A stretch of DNA of 62,959 bases, filler included. It is 4 parts of 4 records of this genome, joined end to end, with 100 filler letters (N's around TTAATTAATTAA, not from the genome) between each part and the next. Parts side by side here need not be neighbours in the genome. Positions count along the whole stretch, not along the records: positions 1 to 23,296 come from SRR2962707_4906; 3 more parts are not named here. The stretch is one strand, 5' to 3'. Of the stretch, positions 1-10,459 are shown one piece after another (the stretch's first letter is position 1; the number at the start of each line of letters is the position of its first letter). The notes beneath the pieces were generated by a model. The model saw only the letters and a program-made list of their open reading frames with translations, ran no database searches and was not told where the DNA came from. Made by a program: the position numbers and the translations under genes.

Positions 1-2
1 AT

Positions 3-725
3 GAGGTTGGAGCTATTTTGCTTGCCGATGTGGCCCACCCTTCCGGGCTAATTGCAAGGGGTCTTTTAAACGACCCCCTGGAGTATTGCCATATTGTAAC
101 TACTACTACTCACAAAACCCTGAGAGGACCAAGAGGCGGTATGATATTGGTAAGAGACGATATCGATAACCCGTGGGGAATTACCACACCAAAAGGCATT
201 GTTCGCAAGCTGAGCTCACTGCTTGATTCCGGTGTTTTTCCGGGAACACAGGGCGGTCCGTTGGAGCACATCATAGCTGCGAAAGCTGTAGCTTTCGGAG
301 AGGCGCTTTCCGACGATTACATGAAGTATCTACTCCAGGTTAAGAAAAATGCTTCTGTAATGGCAGATGCTTTTGTGAAAAAGGGATACGATGTAATCTC
401 CAAAGGAACTGACAATCACTTGATGTTAATCGACCTTCGCTCGAAAGACATCACTGGTAAAGATGCTGAGAATGCACTCATAAAGGCTGACATCACTGTG
501 AATAAAAACATGGTTCCATTCGATGACAAAAGCCCATTTGTAACTTCTGGAATGCGTATAGGAACACCGGCAGTCACCACGAGAGGTCTTGGAGAAGAGG
601 ACATGGTTAAGATTGTTGATCTCATTGATACGGTAATCACAAATAGTGAAAATGAAAGTAAAATCGCAGAAGTGAAAACCGAAGTGAATAGCTGGATGTC
701 TAAGTTTCCGTTATTTAAGGGATAA
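3..725 (+). CDS. glyA: Serine hydroxymethyltransferase, 5'-truncated at window edge
   Basis: PLP-lysine motif [13 protein letters not shown], plus [15 protein letters not shown] and [14 protein letters not shown]. The frame is open back to the window start. The [10 protein letters not shown] insertion is typical of Bacteroidota. Confidence 0.97.
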   Translation, partial: EVGAILLADVAHPSGLIARGLLNDPLEYCHIVTTTTHKTLRGPRGGMILVRDDIDNPWGITTPKGIVRKLSSLLDSGVFPGTQGGPLEHIIAAKAVAFGEALSDDYMKYLLQVKKNASVMADAFVKKGYDVISKGTDNHLMLIDLRSKDITGKDAENALIKADITVNKNMVPFDDKSPFVTSGMRIGTPAVTTRGLGEEDMVKIVDLIDTVITNSENESKIAEVKTEVNSWMSKFPLFKG

Positions 726-728
726 TTC

Positions 729-1550
729 ATGCCACTGGATCAGATACCTGATGAAAAGGAGATGTCCTTTTTGGACCATCTCGAAGAATTGCGATGGCAT
801 ATCATCCGTTCTCTGATCGCTATTGTTACGTTTTCAATAGCTGCATTCATCATGAAGGACTTTGTAGTTGGGACCGTTATCCTGGGGCCTTCCCGCACAG
901 ACTTCTGGACCTATCAAAAGCTTTGCCAGCTGGCTGATCTTATTGGCACACCGGCTTTATGTATTGATTCACTAACCTTCGAATTAGTAAGCCGAAAGCT
1001 TAGCAGCCAGTTTATGACACATGTTTCAGTCTCATTCATCGTGGGACTGATTTTGGGTTTTCCCTATTTGTTCTGGGAGATATGGAGGTTTATTAAACCG
1101 GGATTAAGACCACAGGAGCGGAAAGCTTCCAGGGGCGCAACTTTTTCAGTAAGTGTTCTTTTTATGCTGGGGGTCCTTTTTGGTTATTTCCTGATTGCGC
1201 CTATTTCTGTACGCTTTTTCTCCACCTATCAGGTAGACCCATCGCTTCAAAACCTATTTGATCTTTCTTCTTACATAAATACTGTAACCATGATTGTTTT
1301 TGGTTGCGGCGTGCTTTTCCAACTACCTGTCATTGTTTATTTTCTTACCAAGGCAGGTATTGTGAGCTCGGCATTGATGAAAGCCTATAGAAAACATGCA
1401 ATCATCGTAATTTTGATCCTTGGAGCAATCGTTACTCCACCTGATCCTTTCAGTCAGATATTGATTGCTTTACCTTTGATGATGCTGTATCAGTTTAGTA
1501 TCGTTATTGCAAAACGCATCGAAAAGAGAGAAGCAAGACAAAACAAATAA
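729..1550 (+). CDS. tatC: Twin-arginine translocase subunit TatC
   Basis: EMSFLDHLEELRW, FIKPGL, FQLP and TPPDPFSQ motifs; multiple TM segments. Confidence 0.95.
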   Translation: MPLDQIPDEKEMSFLDHLEELRWHIIRSLIAIVTFSIAAFIMKDFVVGTVILGPSRTDFWTYQKLCQLADLIGTPALCIDSLTFELVSRKLSSQFMTHVSVSFIVGLILGFPYLFWEIWRFIKPGLRPQERKASRGATFSVSVLFMLGVLFGYFLIAPISVRFFSTYQVDPSLQNLFDLSSYINTVTMIVFGCGVLFQLPVIVYFLTKAGIVSSALMKAYRKHAIIVILILGAIVTPPDPFSQILIALPLMMLYQFSIVIAKRIEKREARQNK

Positions 1551-1554
1551 CATC

Positions 1555-1983
1555 ATGAAAATAGCAGTCGGAGGCGATCACGCCGGATTTCAATACAAAG
1601 AGCGAATCATCAAGCATCTTAAAGAAGGTGGCCATGAGATCCGTGATTTCGGCCCTCAAACGGACGATTCAGTGGATTATCCCGATCATGTACATCCACT
1701 TGCCACCTCCATCGCGTCTGAGGATTTCGAGTTGGGCATTTTGATCTGCGGAAGTGGTAACGGTGTGGCTATGACGGCTAATAAACATGAAAATGTACGA
1801 GCGGCCCTTTGCTGGAATACGGAACTAGCAGCACTTGCCCGTCAGCATAATAATGCTAATATTATTTGTCTTCCGGCACGTTTCATTGCCTATGAATATG
1901 CGGAATGCCTGGTGGATACATTCGTAAAAACAGCCTTTGAAGGGGGTAGACATGAGCGAAGAGTGAACAAAATCAATTGTTGA
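1555..1983 (+). CDS. rpiB: Ribose-5-phosphate isomerase B
   Basis: DHAG, SVDYPD, CGSGNG, ARQHNNAN and FEGGRHERRV motifs. Start moved to ATG 1555. Confidence 0.95.
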   Translation: MKIAVGGDHAGFQYKERIIKHLKEGGHEIRDFGPQTDDSVDYPDHVHPLATSIASEDFELGILICGSGNGVAMTANKHENVRAALCWNTELAALARQHNNANIICLPARFIAYEYAECLVDTFVKTAFEGGRHERRVNKINC

Positions 1984-3343
1984 TTTTCTCATACCTCACA
2001 TCGCTGGTTTTTACATACGCTGACTCAACCTGAGGAAAACGTCTCCGTACGTCGGTCATAACTCCTAAATTATCCACAACAACATTCGGAGACGCTTTTT
2101 GAAATAATTTATAAAGCTCCCCTGCCGAATGATAATATTCCAGTCCCTCAAACGCACGCCTGGATAGATGCTCATTAAAGCATGGGGTCAATACTTTCTC
2201 CTGAGTATAATAGCTAAGGTCACCGCCCAAAACCATAAGCTTCGGCTCAGATTTCTGCTCCACGACTTGCAGTGGACTCAAAAAGTTTAAATAAGCATAT
2301 ATGGAATAAAACAACAGTCCAAACACCAATATTCCGGGCATAAGAAATTGAAATATTCGCCTCTTTAATAGGATAAAGTAATGCGTCCAGAAATAGGCAA
2401 TAGCCGGAATGGTAAAAACTATTTCATGGAGCGATTTTTCATTGGAGAGAAAGAATGTCACTAACCCACCAAAAAACATCAGCCAGATCACCTGCTGTAT
2501 TTTTTGTTGAAAACTCGTAAGCCTGGCAGATCCCCAAGTTTTAAAAACTGAAAAAATAAAAATCAGAATAAAGCCTCCGCTAATCAATAGAAACTCACTC
2601 AAGTTAATTGATGAGCTGGCTTCTAACAGTATATTTTGGGTAACATAACTATCAATAAAGACTGATAAATCTCCGCGCCAATAGAAATAAAGGGAGCAAA
2701 GAGAAAATGCTAAAAAGAAACTAAAAAGATATAACAGCAACCGACGCGTAACAGCTGTGGAAAATAATATCAATGCAAACAAAAACACAAAGAAGAATAT
2801 CATCGACGGCAGATATATCATGGTGGCTATCCCCAGGTAAATACCGGAGTTTAAGAACAGCTCATCAGTTACCTGATTGTCTATTCTTCGCAAAACATTT
2901 CGAAGGGACATCAACACGAATGTAAGACTCAGAAGCTGCGGTGAAAGCGTCATAAAGTCAGGTACCGCCAACATCAGAATCACATAAAGAAATGCTGGCA
3001 AATAGCTGTTCTCGTCATAGGCTTTATTCTTCAGCAAAAGTTGATTGAAAATACCTGCCTGAAAAATGATTAATGCAGAGCTGACACCATAATGGATAAA
3101 GCTGCTCCGTCCAAAAATGAGGTATAGGTACTTATAGACAAAAGCAGCAATCGGACCCGTGTAATCAAAGGTTTCTGAGTACATTTTGAATCCTTGAGTG
3201 AGCCATTCACCAAGCAAAAGCCATTTCAGCTCGTAATACGATTCCCCTTCAATAAAAAGGCCCTGAACAAACCTGATCACTACCATTAATAAAAAAATAA
3301 TGGCAAGCCTGTAAGGATCATTTATTCTAAAAAACCGTAACAA
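1973..3343 (-). CDS. Multi-pass inner-membrane protein, possible GT-C-fold glycosyltransferase-like
   Basis: 456 aa with about 10-11 hydrophobic segments. The first external loop contains YSETFDYTGP. Confidence 0.65.
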   Translation of the reverse strand: MLRFFRINDPYRLAIIFLLMVVIRFVQGLFIEGESYYELKWLLLGEWLTQGFKMYSETFDYTGPIAAFVYKYLYLIFGRSSFIHYGVSSALIIFQAGIFNQLLLKNKAYDENSYLPAFLYVILMLAVPDFMTLSPQLLSLTFVLMSLRNVLRRIDNQVTDELFLNSGIYLGIATMIYLPSMIFFFVFLFALILFSTAVTRRLLLYLFSFFLAFSLCSLYFYWRGDLSVFIDSYVTQNILLEASSSINLSEFLLISGGFILIFIFSVFKTWGSARLTSFQQKIQQVIWLMFFGGLVTFFLSNEKSLHEIVFTIPAIAYFWTHYFILLKRRIFQFLMPGILVFGLLFYSIYAYLNFLSPLQVVEQKSEPKLMVLGGDLSYYTQEKVLTPCFNEHLSRRAFEGLEYYHSAGELYKLFQKASPNVVVDNLGVMTDVRRRFPQVESAYVKTSDVRYEKINN

Positions 3344-3437
3344 TCAGTTGCTATTTAGTGGGCTTCAAATTGTAGAATTCGAAATTAGGTCATTTGGCTA
3401 AACCCCTTAACGAATATCTTAGGATATTTGCAGATAT

Positions 3438-3800
3438 ATGGAAAGCAAGCGTCAAGTAAAATACAGCAAGCAACTTCAAAAAGATCTGGCAGAGATTTTT
3501 CAGCAAGATCCATCTCATTACTTTGGATCCTCATTGGGCACCATTACGGGTGTGAGTGTATCTCCTGATTTAGGTCTGGCGCGTATTCACATCAGCGTTT
3601 TCCCAATCAGCAAAGCCGAGGAAGTTTTTGAACATCTGAATAACATTAAAAGTGAGGTCCGGCTGAAGCTGGGTAAAAAAATTGGCAAACAGGTGAGAAT
3701 CATTCCTGAGCTGGCTTTTTTTCACGATGATACGGAAGAGAAGGCTTCCAAAATTGACAACCTTATAAACAAACTGAACATACCGCCTGAGGAACAATGA
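3438..3800 (+). CDS. rbfA: Ribosome-binding factor A
   Basis: MESKRQ start, VSVSPDLGLA and RIIPELAFFHDDT motifs; 120 aa. Confidence 0.92.
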   Translation: MESKRQVKYSKQLQKDLAEIFQQDPSHYFGSSLGTITGVSVSPDLGLARIHISVFPISKAEEVFEHLNNIKSEVRLKLGKKIGKQVRIIPELAFFHDDTEEKASKIDNLINKLNIPPEEQ

Positions 3801-5023
3801 ATTTTCCTTTTTTCATAGCACGGAAATATTTCCTGTCAGGGAAAAAGAAAAACTTCATCAATGTAATTTCCATTATATCAATGGTGGTGGTTGCCATAGG
3901 AACCATGTCTCTGATCCTGGCACTATCTGTTTTTAATGGGTTGGAAGGGTTATTACGATCCATGTATGGCAATTTTGATCCGGATATCGTGATTACGCCA
4001 TCAACGGGAAAATCCTTTCAATATGATTCCATATATACACAACAAATAAAATCTGTGGATGGCGTTTTGGGTGTGGCCGAAGTAGTGGAAGATAATGTGT
4101 TGGTGGAGTACAAAGACGCCCAACGCCTGGTGAGAATGAAAGGAGTAAGCCGTGATTTTGATAAATATAGTGGCATAAAAAATGTAATGGTTTCGGGTGA
4201 ATTCCCGTTGGTTAGAGATAGCATCGGCTATGCCCTGATTGGTCGCGGAGTACAATACGATCTCTCGTTAAGCTTGAAAAATGATTTTTACACCCTGCAG
4301 ATGTACTACCCAAAAGACATAGGTCCGGGGGTGGTAAACCCAACAAAAATGTACAACCTGCTAAACATCATGCCCGGAGGGATTTTCGCCATTGAAAAAT
4401 CCTATGATGATAACTATGTCTTCGTGCCTCTGGAGTTTGCAAAAGACCTCCTTAATTATAAAAATCGTTTATCCTCCTTCGACGTATATCTGGAAGAAGA
4501 AGCGAGTTCTTCAAATGTCAAAGAAGAAATACAAAATGTATTAGGAGCAGATTTTGAGGTAAAACTCGGGGCAGAATTACATAGCGACCTGTACAAAGTG
4601 CTGAAAATAGAAAAGCTGTTTGTCTTTCTCATTCTAGTGTCCATCATTGGTATTGCTTCAATCAACATTTTCTTTTCCCTCACCATGCTGGTAATTGAGA
4701 AAAAGAAGGATATTTCCGTGCTTTTTGCGCAGGGTGCATCCTCAAAACTCATTCGAAATATTTTCCTCTACGAAGGCTGCATTGTTGCTTTTTCAGGAGC
4801 ATCTGTTGGCTTGATTTTAGGAGTTGGCCTAAGTCTGTTTCAGCAGCACTATGGATTGATAGGAATGGGGATGGACTCTGCTGTTATGAATGCATATCCG
4901 ATAAAGATTGAATTGCTGGACGTACTTCTAACCATTTTGGCCATTATAGTCATAACCATCCTGGCTTCTATTCAACCCGCAGTAAAAGCCGGAAAATCCT
5001 TTTCCACACATACTTTACAATAA
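3797..5023 (+). CDS. LolC/E-like (FtsX/MacB family) ABC permease
   Basis: IARKY, LSVFNG and EKKKDI...GA motifs; 4-TM LolC/E layout; ATGA overlap with rbfA. Confidence 0.85.
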   Translation: MNFPFFIARKYFLSGKKKNFINVISIISMVVVAIGTMSLILALSVFNGLEGLLRSMYGNFDPDIVITPSTGKSFQYDSIYTQQIKSVDGVLGVAEVVEDNVLVEYKDAQRLVRMKGVSRDFDKYSGIKNVMVSGEFPLVRDSIGYALIGRGVQYDLSLSLKNDFYTLQMYYPKDIGPGVVNPTKMYNLLNIMPGGIFAIEKSYDDNYVFVPLEFAKDLLNYKNRLSSFDVYLEEEASSSNVKEEIQNVLGADFEVKLGAELHSDLYKVLKIEKLFVFLILVSIIGIASINIFFSLTMLVIEKKKDISVLFAQGASSKLIRNIFLYEGCIVAFSGASVGLILGVGLSLFQQHYGLIGMGMDSAVMNAYPIKIELLDVLLTILAIIVITILASIQPAVKAGKSFSTHTLQ

Positions 5024-5104
5024 GTAGGTAAACTCTTCACGCTTTATTGATGGATGCATATCGGATTTTTACTATTTTCGAAGTTTATCTGATTTTGAAA
5101 ATCT

Positions 5105-8017
5105 GTGAAAGTATCTCCTGACCAGCCATTTGAACTAATCTATTCGCTCTACGATCATGAGTACCTGGGATATCTAATCGAATCCTTTGTTGTACAACTG
5201 AATGATAAGGGTGATCTCACTTATTCCCATCAGAATATTTCGGCTAAAAACGCTCAGGAATTTAGCTCCGGACTGGACGAAAATGATTTTAAGATCATTA
5301 AGCTTATGGACCAAATCCAGCAGGATCAGGTGGCTAATCATTTTCAAAAGAAGAAACAGAAACCAGAAGAGTTTTTTCTAAAGGTCTACGATAAGGATAC
5401 CGGAGATAAGCTCCTACAAGGCGAGATTGAGGGTTATATAGAACGCAGAAGATCCCAGATCCTTTCATTAATCGGTGGGAAAAGATTATTTGAGATGGGC
5501 AAAGATGGGGAGCCTACCTGGAAGGAAATCGAAGTGGTTGATGAGAAAGCAACGATCCTTTTTCATTTCCGAAAAAATGAGGATAACACTCACTATTTCC
5601 CCACAATTAAATTGAGAGGGGAAAAGATCGATTTTTTGAATAATGGTAGCTACTTGCTTTGCAAAGAGCCTGCCTGGCTTGTTGCAAACGACCAGCTTTT
5701 CACTTTTCAAAAGCCAGTCAGTGGTGGCAAGCTAAAACCATTCTTGAAAAAGAAGTTCATCCTTATTCCAAAGGATATCGAGGAGACATACTATAAAAAA
5801 TTTGTAGGTCCGTTGATCTCCGAATTTGATGTATATGCCAAAGGTTTTGACATAGTAACGCATAAACCAAAGCCCACTCCCAAAATCACTGTGAGCGAGT
5901 TGCAGACCTCACACAACGCTACCCTTTTTGATGATGGTGGAAATGCCCCGGTCGCAGAAAATGACAAACTACTACTGGAACTGTCATTTGATTATGGCAG
6001 GCACAATTTCAACGCGGATAAGCTCAGCAAGGTCAGTGTTTCCATGGAGAAAAATGCGGACAATTATACTTTTCATAGAATCAGCCGAGATCATGAAGGG
6101 GAAAAAGGAATTATCGCAGAACTTGCAACCAAAGGTCTACAGCTAAGAAACTCACGTGTGACTTTACCCAAAACAGCCGCGTTTGATTGGATTGGCCAAA
6201 ATAGCGATTTGTTGCGTGATTTCATTATCAAGCAAAATCAGCTTGGCAAAAAATTCTTCATGGGTGAATCAACCATAGACCTGGAAGTGAGCGAAGGTGT
6301 AGACTGGTTTGATTTGAAAGCCAAAATTCGTTTCGGTGATTTTGAAGTTCCTTTCGAGGAGATACGAAAATGTATTTTGAAAGGAAAAACCGAAGTGATG
6401 CTCCCTAATGGAGAAGTTGGCGTAATCCCTGAATCCTGGATTCTGCGCTATAAAGATTTATTCGCTTTCTCTTCCGAAACGAACAATGGAATTACTTTGA
6501 ATAAAATTCATGTTTCGTTAGTACAGGAATTAAAAGAAAGTGAGCTCGCAAAAGTGACCATGGATCGCAAGCTAGAGAAGCTACTTGAGTTTGAAAAAAT
6601 GGAAGATCATCCCGTTCCAAACTCATTCAAAGGTGACCTAAGACCCTATCAACTTGCTGGTTACAATTGGCTTAGGTTTTTAGAAGATTACAATTTTGGT
6701 GGTTGCCTCGCTGACGATATGGGGCTGGGAAAAACGATACAGGCGTTGGCCTTGCTTCAGCACCAAAAAAATGAAAATTCGGATAGCACAAGTCTATTGA
6801 TCATGCCCACCTCCCTACTTTACAACTGGGAGATGGAAGCTAAGAAATTCACACCTGATCTTAAAATTTTAAACTACACCGGTATAAACCGAGATAAGAA
6901 CAGTGCATTATTTGGTCAATATGATGTGGTAATCACCAGCTATGGTACCACGCGAGTGGATACTGACATACTTGCTGAATTCTATTTCAACTATATCATA
7001 CTGGATGAATCGCAAGCTATAAAAAATCCGGATTCGCTTATTTCGAAAAAAGTACGGGAACTTAAATCAAGGAGAAAACTGATTCTTACAGGAACGCCCA
7101 TTGAAAACAGTACCCTTGACTTGTGGTCACAAATGAGCTTCCTAAATCCGGGCCTTTTAGGGAATGAAGCGTACTTTAAAAAGGAATATCTAAAGCCCAT
7201 AGAAAAGCAAAAAGACGAGCATAAGACCAGAAAACTCAATACGCTTATCAAGCCATTTCTTCTCCGAAGGGAAAAAAGTCAGGTAGCTGATGACCTACCT
7301 GAAAAGGTCATCAATGTAAGATATTGTACCATGTCTGAGGCCCAGAGAGAGTATTATGAAAAAGAGAAGAATGCCTTTCGAAGCAAAATAATGGATGTCA
7401 TAGAAACAGATGGAATAGCTAAATCGCATATGGTTTTGCTACAGGGTCTAACTCAGCTACGACAGATAGCCAATCATCCGGGTATGGTAGACCCGGAATA
7501 TGATCAAAGCTCCGGGAAGTTGGAGGAGATAACTTACATGATTGAAAATACCATTTCAAAAGGCCATAAAGTCCTTATCTTCAGTCAGTTTGTGAAACAT
7601 CTAAAAATAGTATCAGAGTATCTGGATGGGCAGGGGTTGTCTTATGCATATCTGGATGGCTCAACTAAGGATCGCCAAAAGCAAGTCGAGCGATTCCAAA
7701 ATGATTCGGATGTCTCGATCTTCCTTATTTCACTAAAAGCAGGTGGAACCGGTCTTAATCTCACAAAAGCAGAATATGTATTCCTCCTTGACCCGTGGTG
7801 GAATCCGGCAGTAGAAGCTCAGGCCATTGATCGTGCCCATAGAATTGGACAAACGAAAAAGGTCTTTGCTTACAAATTTGTAAGTAAGGACACCATTGAA
7901 GAAAAAATCATTAAGCTTCAAGAACACAAGCAAAAACTGGCTACTGATCTCATTACTGTAGAGGAAAGTTTCGTAAAAAGCCTATCCCAGGGCGACATTC
8001 AAGATCTATTTGACTAA
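5105..8017 (+). CDS. SNF2/RAD54-family helicase-like ATPase
   Basis: LADDMGLGKT, DESQ, LTGTPIEN, LISLKAGGTGLNL, DPWWNP and QAIDRAHRIGQ motifs after a long N-terminal region. Confidence 0.93.
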   Translation: MKVSPDQPFELIYSLYDHEYLGYLIESFVVQLNDKGDLTYSHQNISAKNAQEFSSGLDENDFKIIKLMDQIQQDQVANHFQKKKQKPEEFFLKVYDKDTGDKLLQGEIEGYIERRRSQILSLIGGKRLFEMGKDGEPTWKEIEVVDEKATILFHFRKNEDNTHYFPTIKLRGEKIDFLNNGSYLLCKEPAWLVANDQLFTFQKPVSGGKLKPFLKKKFILIPKDIEETYYKKFVGPLISEFDVYAKGFDIVTHKPKPTPKITVSELQTSHNATLFDDGGNAPVAENDKLLLELSFDYGRHNFNADKLSKVSVSMEKNADNYTFHRISRDHEGEKGIIAELATKGLQLRNSRVTLPKTAAFDWIGQNSDLLRDFIIKQNQLGKKFFMGESTIDLEVSEGVDWFDLKAKIRFGDFEVPFEEIRKCILKGKTEVMLPNGEVGVIPESWILRYKDLFAFSSETNNGITLNKIHVSLVQELKESELAKVTMDRKLEKLLEFEKMEDHPVPNSFKGDLRPYQLAGYNWLRFLEDYNFGGCLADDMGLGKTIQALALLQHQKNENSDSTSLLIMPTSLLYNWEMEAKKFTPDLKILNYTGINRDKNSALFGQYDVVITSYGTTRVDTDILAEFYFNYIILDESQAIKNPDSLISKKVRELKSRRKLILTGTPIENSTLDLWSQMSFLNPGLLGNEAYFKKEYLKPIEKQKDEHKTRKLNTLIKPFLLRREKSQVADDLPEKVINVRYCTMSEAQREYYEKEKNAFRSKIMDVIETDGIAKSHMVLLQGLTQLRQIANHPGMVDPEYDQSSGKLEEITYMIENTISKGHKVLIFSQFVKHLKIVSEYLDGQGLSYAYLDGSTKDRQKQVERFQNDSDVSIFLISLKAGGTGLNLTKAEYVFLLDPWWNPAVEAQAIDRAHRIGQTKKVFAYKFVSKDTIEEKIIKLQEHKQKLATDLITVEESFVKSLSQGDIQDLFD

Positions 8018-8094
8018 ATTTTATCGAACAAATAAGGGTTAGATTTTGTCCCTGTTGTTAGATGAGTGTAATTCATTACGTAAGAGACTTTTCT

Positions 8095-9339
8095 ATGAGA
8101 AATCCGATTATAAGTCTGATTGCATTCATTTTGGTGATCAATACTTGTCTTTGTTCAACCGCATCCGGACAAAAGGAATTTGGTTTTAAAATGCCTGAGA
8201 AAACCAAGAAAATAGAAATCCCTTTTGAGCAACACAACAATCTGATCATTATTCCTGTCACGCTTAATCGCTTTCTAACACTTAAGTTCATTCTGGATAC
8301 TGGAGTTGAAAATGCCATTCTGACTGAAAAACTGTACGCTGACATTATGGATGTCAATTACGTTAGAGAAATCACTATTGATGGCCCTGGGCTAATTGAC
8401 TCTGTAGAGGCTTACATTGCTAATCAAATCACATTTGGACTTCCCGGAGGGGTGATTGGACATAATATGAATATGCTCGTTTTAAAAGAGGATTATTTGA
8501 AACTCTCCGAGAGTATTGGTGATGATGTACATGGAATCATCGGATACGACATTTTTTCGCGCTTTGTTGTGGACATTGATTATGATGACAATATTCTCAC
8601 TTTGTATGATCCAAAAAAATTTAAGAAGAGTAAGAGAGCTGTTGAAGTTCCAATAGAAATACGCGGCTCAAAACCCTTTGTGAATGCTACAATAAGACAG
8701 GACAGTCAAAAAACGAAACTGGAAATCATGATTGATACCGGAGCAAGTCATGCAGCCCTGATCGACTACAATTACTTAGATGGAATAGAACCTCCTGAAA
8801 AAACGATTGAAACCAGATTGGGACGGGGAATAGCGGGAGATATTCCAGGTCATATTGGAAGAATGGATTCAGTCAAAATAGATTGTTTTGATTTCAGTGA
8901 AATGTTAGTCTCGGCTCCCTATGATGGTGCTTATAATAAGATAATTAAGAGGGGGGCTAGAGTTGGAACTTTTGGTGGAGAATTGCTCACTCGTTTCAAT
9001 GTTACTTTTGACTATCTTAATAGTAAATTGTATCTGAGAAAGGGAGATGATTTTAAGAGTCCTTTTGAATATGATATGAGTGGACTCTCATTAAATGCAG
9101 TAGGAAAAAATCTAGACACTCTAAAAGTAGTGCATGTGGATAAAGGAAGCCCTGCTTTTAATGCTGACATTAGAAAAGGAGATACTATCCATTCCATAAA
9201 CGGAAAAAGTTTGAGGTATCATTCACTATCAGATATTTATAATCTGCTTCAGTCTCGGGATGGGAAAAAGATCAGAGTTAAACTCTACCGGAATGGAGAA
9301 AAAGAGAAAGTAAAATTCAGGTTAAAAAGGATTATATAA
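8095..9339 (+). CDS. Secreted aspartyl protease with two retropepsin-like lobes and a C-terminal PDZ domain
   Basis: FILDTG...GIIGYD and MIDTGA...GTFGGE motifs; PDZ motif GSPA..ADIRKGDTI.SING; signal peptide. An alternative start lies at 8062. Confidence 0.85.
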   Translation: MRNPIISLIAFILVINTCLCSTASGQKEFGFKMPEKTKKIEIPFEQHNNLIIIPVTLNRFLTLKFILDTGVENAILTEKLYADIMDVNYVREITIDGPGLIDSVEAYIANQITFGLPGGVIGHNMNMLVLKEDYLKLSESIGDDVHGIIGYDIFSRFVVDIDYDDNILTLYDPKKFKKSKRAVEVPIEIRGSKPFVNATIRQDSQKTKLEIMIDTGASHAALIDYNYLDGIEPPEKTIETRLGRGIAGDIPGHIGRMDSVKIDCFDFSEMLVSAPYDGAYNKIIKRGARVGTFGGELLTRFNVTFDYLNSKLYLRKGDDFKSPFEYDMSGLSLNAVGKNLDTLKVVHVDKGSPAFNADIRKGDTIHSINGKSLRYHSLSDIYNLLQSRDGKKIRVKLYRNGEKEKVKFRLKRII

Positions 9340-9373
9340 AAAAAGCATTCTCGGTTTACCTCATCCTTCCAGG

Positions 9374-10408
9374 CTATCGTTTCCCCTTTTTCTTTTCCCA
9401 CTTCTGTAAGTCCAGCAACAAAAGTCCACGACCTTTTCCGGCAGGATCTTCAGCATGTGCATGCTGAAAAACCATGTATCGTCCATCATCACTCACGACA
9501 GGATTTGAAGCTTTATATTCCGGGTTATCGTTGAAATAGGTAATCCGCTCCATCTCTCCTGATGCGTCTAATTTCAACTTATAAATGTCCAGCGTGAGAA
9601 ATTCTTTCATTCCCTTATGACTGGGGCGGTGGCGATTGCTTTCAACCAGAATGCTCAACCCATCCGGAAATGTGCCTTCAGCCTCATCATAGGTTTTTTC
9701 ACTTAAGGAATAATTGACAAATTCCTTCTTCTCCATATCGTATCCAAGCACCTCAGCCTGAAAACCAAACTGCCCACCGAAGGCGTAAAAGATCAACTCA
9801 TTTTCATTTTTGGGACGAAAATTCTGTGTCTCCAGATCCCATCCCTTTGCCGGTGAAGGGAGGTCACCTGAAGTGAAAAGTGGCTTCCAATTTTTCAACT
9901 TTGGCTTCCCATTTTCATATTCAATTTCTCCCCTATAAATAGTAGATCCTAAAGCCCACGCGATATTCATTTTAGTGCGAGATACAGCCGGACCTTCTTT
10001 GCAATGGACACCCAAAGGTGTTGGTGGAGATTTCAAATCATTTTTTAATACCCACAACTCTGTGTTTCTTGCATCTCTGCTTTTCCACGGGTCTTCCGAG
10101 TTGAAATTCTTTGCACCTGAAAGAAGAATGTCGCCGTTAGAGAGATACAGCGCTCTCACAAACCCTTCATGAAAAAAGTGGTGAGTCATCGGACGAATAG
10201 TGCCTGTAGCAACCTCCACCTCAAATACATCACCAAAGGTTTTCTCAATGAAAAGCACTCGCTCACCATCATGCGACCAGTCTGCCCGCTGACCGAAGTG
10301 CGTGAGAGGCGTGATATAATCAGGAAGGTCATCTAACGGAGATTTTTCCTGAGCAAGAAGTACTTCGGATGCAAAAAAGAAGATAAAGAAGAAGAGTGAT
10401 TTTTTCAT
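9374..10408 (-). CDS. Exported TolB-like (PD40) beta-propeller protein
   Basis: Signal peptide MKKSLFFF...; repeats RADWSHDG, FPDG and NPVVSDDGRY. Confidence 0.7.
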   Translation of the reverse strand: MKKSLFFFIFFFASEVLLAQEKSPLDDLPDYITPLTHFGQRADWSHDGERVLFIEKTFGDVFEVEVATGTIRPMTHHFFHEGFVRALYLSNGDILLSGAKNFNSEDPWKSRDARNTELWVLKNDLKSPPTPLGVHCKEGPAVSRTKMNIAWALGSTIYRGEIEYENGKPKLKNWKPLFTSGDLPSPAKGWDLETQNFRPKNENELIFYAFGGQFGFQAEVLGYDMEKKEFVNYSLSEKTYDEAEGTFPDGLSILVESNRHRPSHKGMKEFLTLDIYKLKLDASGEMERITYFNDNPEYKASNPVVSDDGRYMVFQHAHAEDPAGKGRGLLLLDLQKWEKKKGKR

Positions 10409-10429
10409 GATTTGGGTGATTTGGAAACC

Positions 10430-10437
10430 CAAAACTA
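10430..10437 (-). promoter_or_regulatory. Bacteroidota housekeeping promoter -7 element (TAGTTTTG)
   Basis: Matches TAnnTTTG about 20 bp upstream of the ATG at 10408. Confidence 0.5.
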
Positions 10438-10459
10438 ACCACTCTGATATTCTTAAATT

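Noticed and set aside
5105-8017. SNF2 helicase as part of an anti-phage defence system
   Set aside because: It has no methylase, nuclease or other defence neighbours and sits in a housekeeping context.
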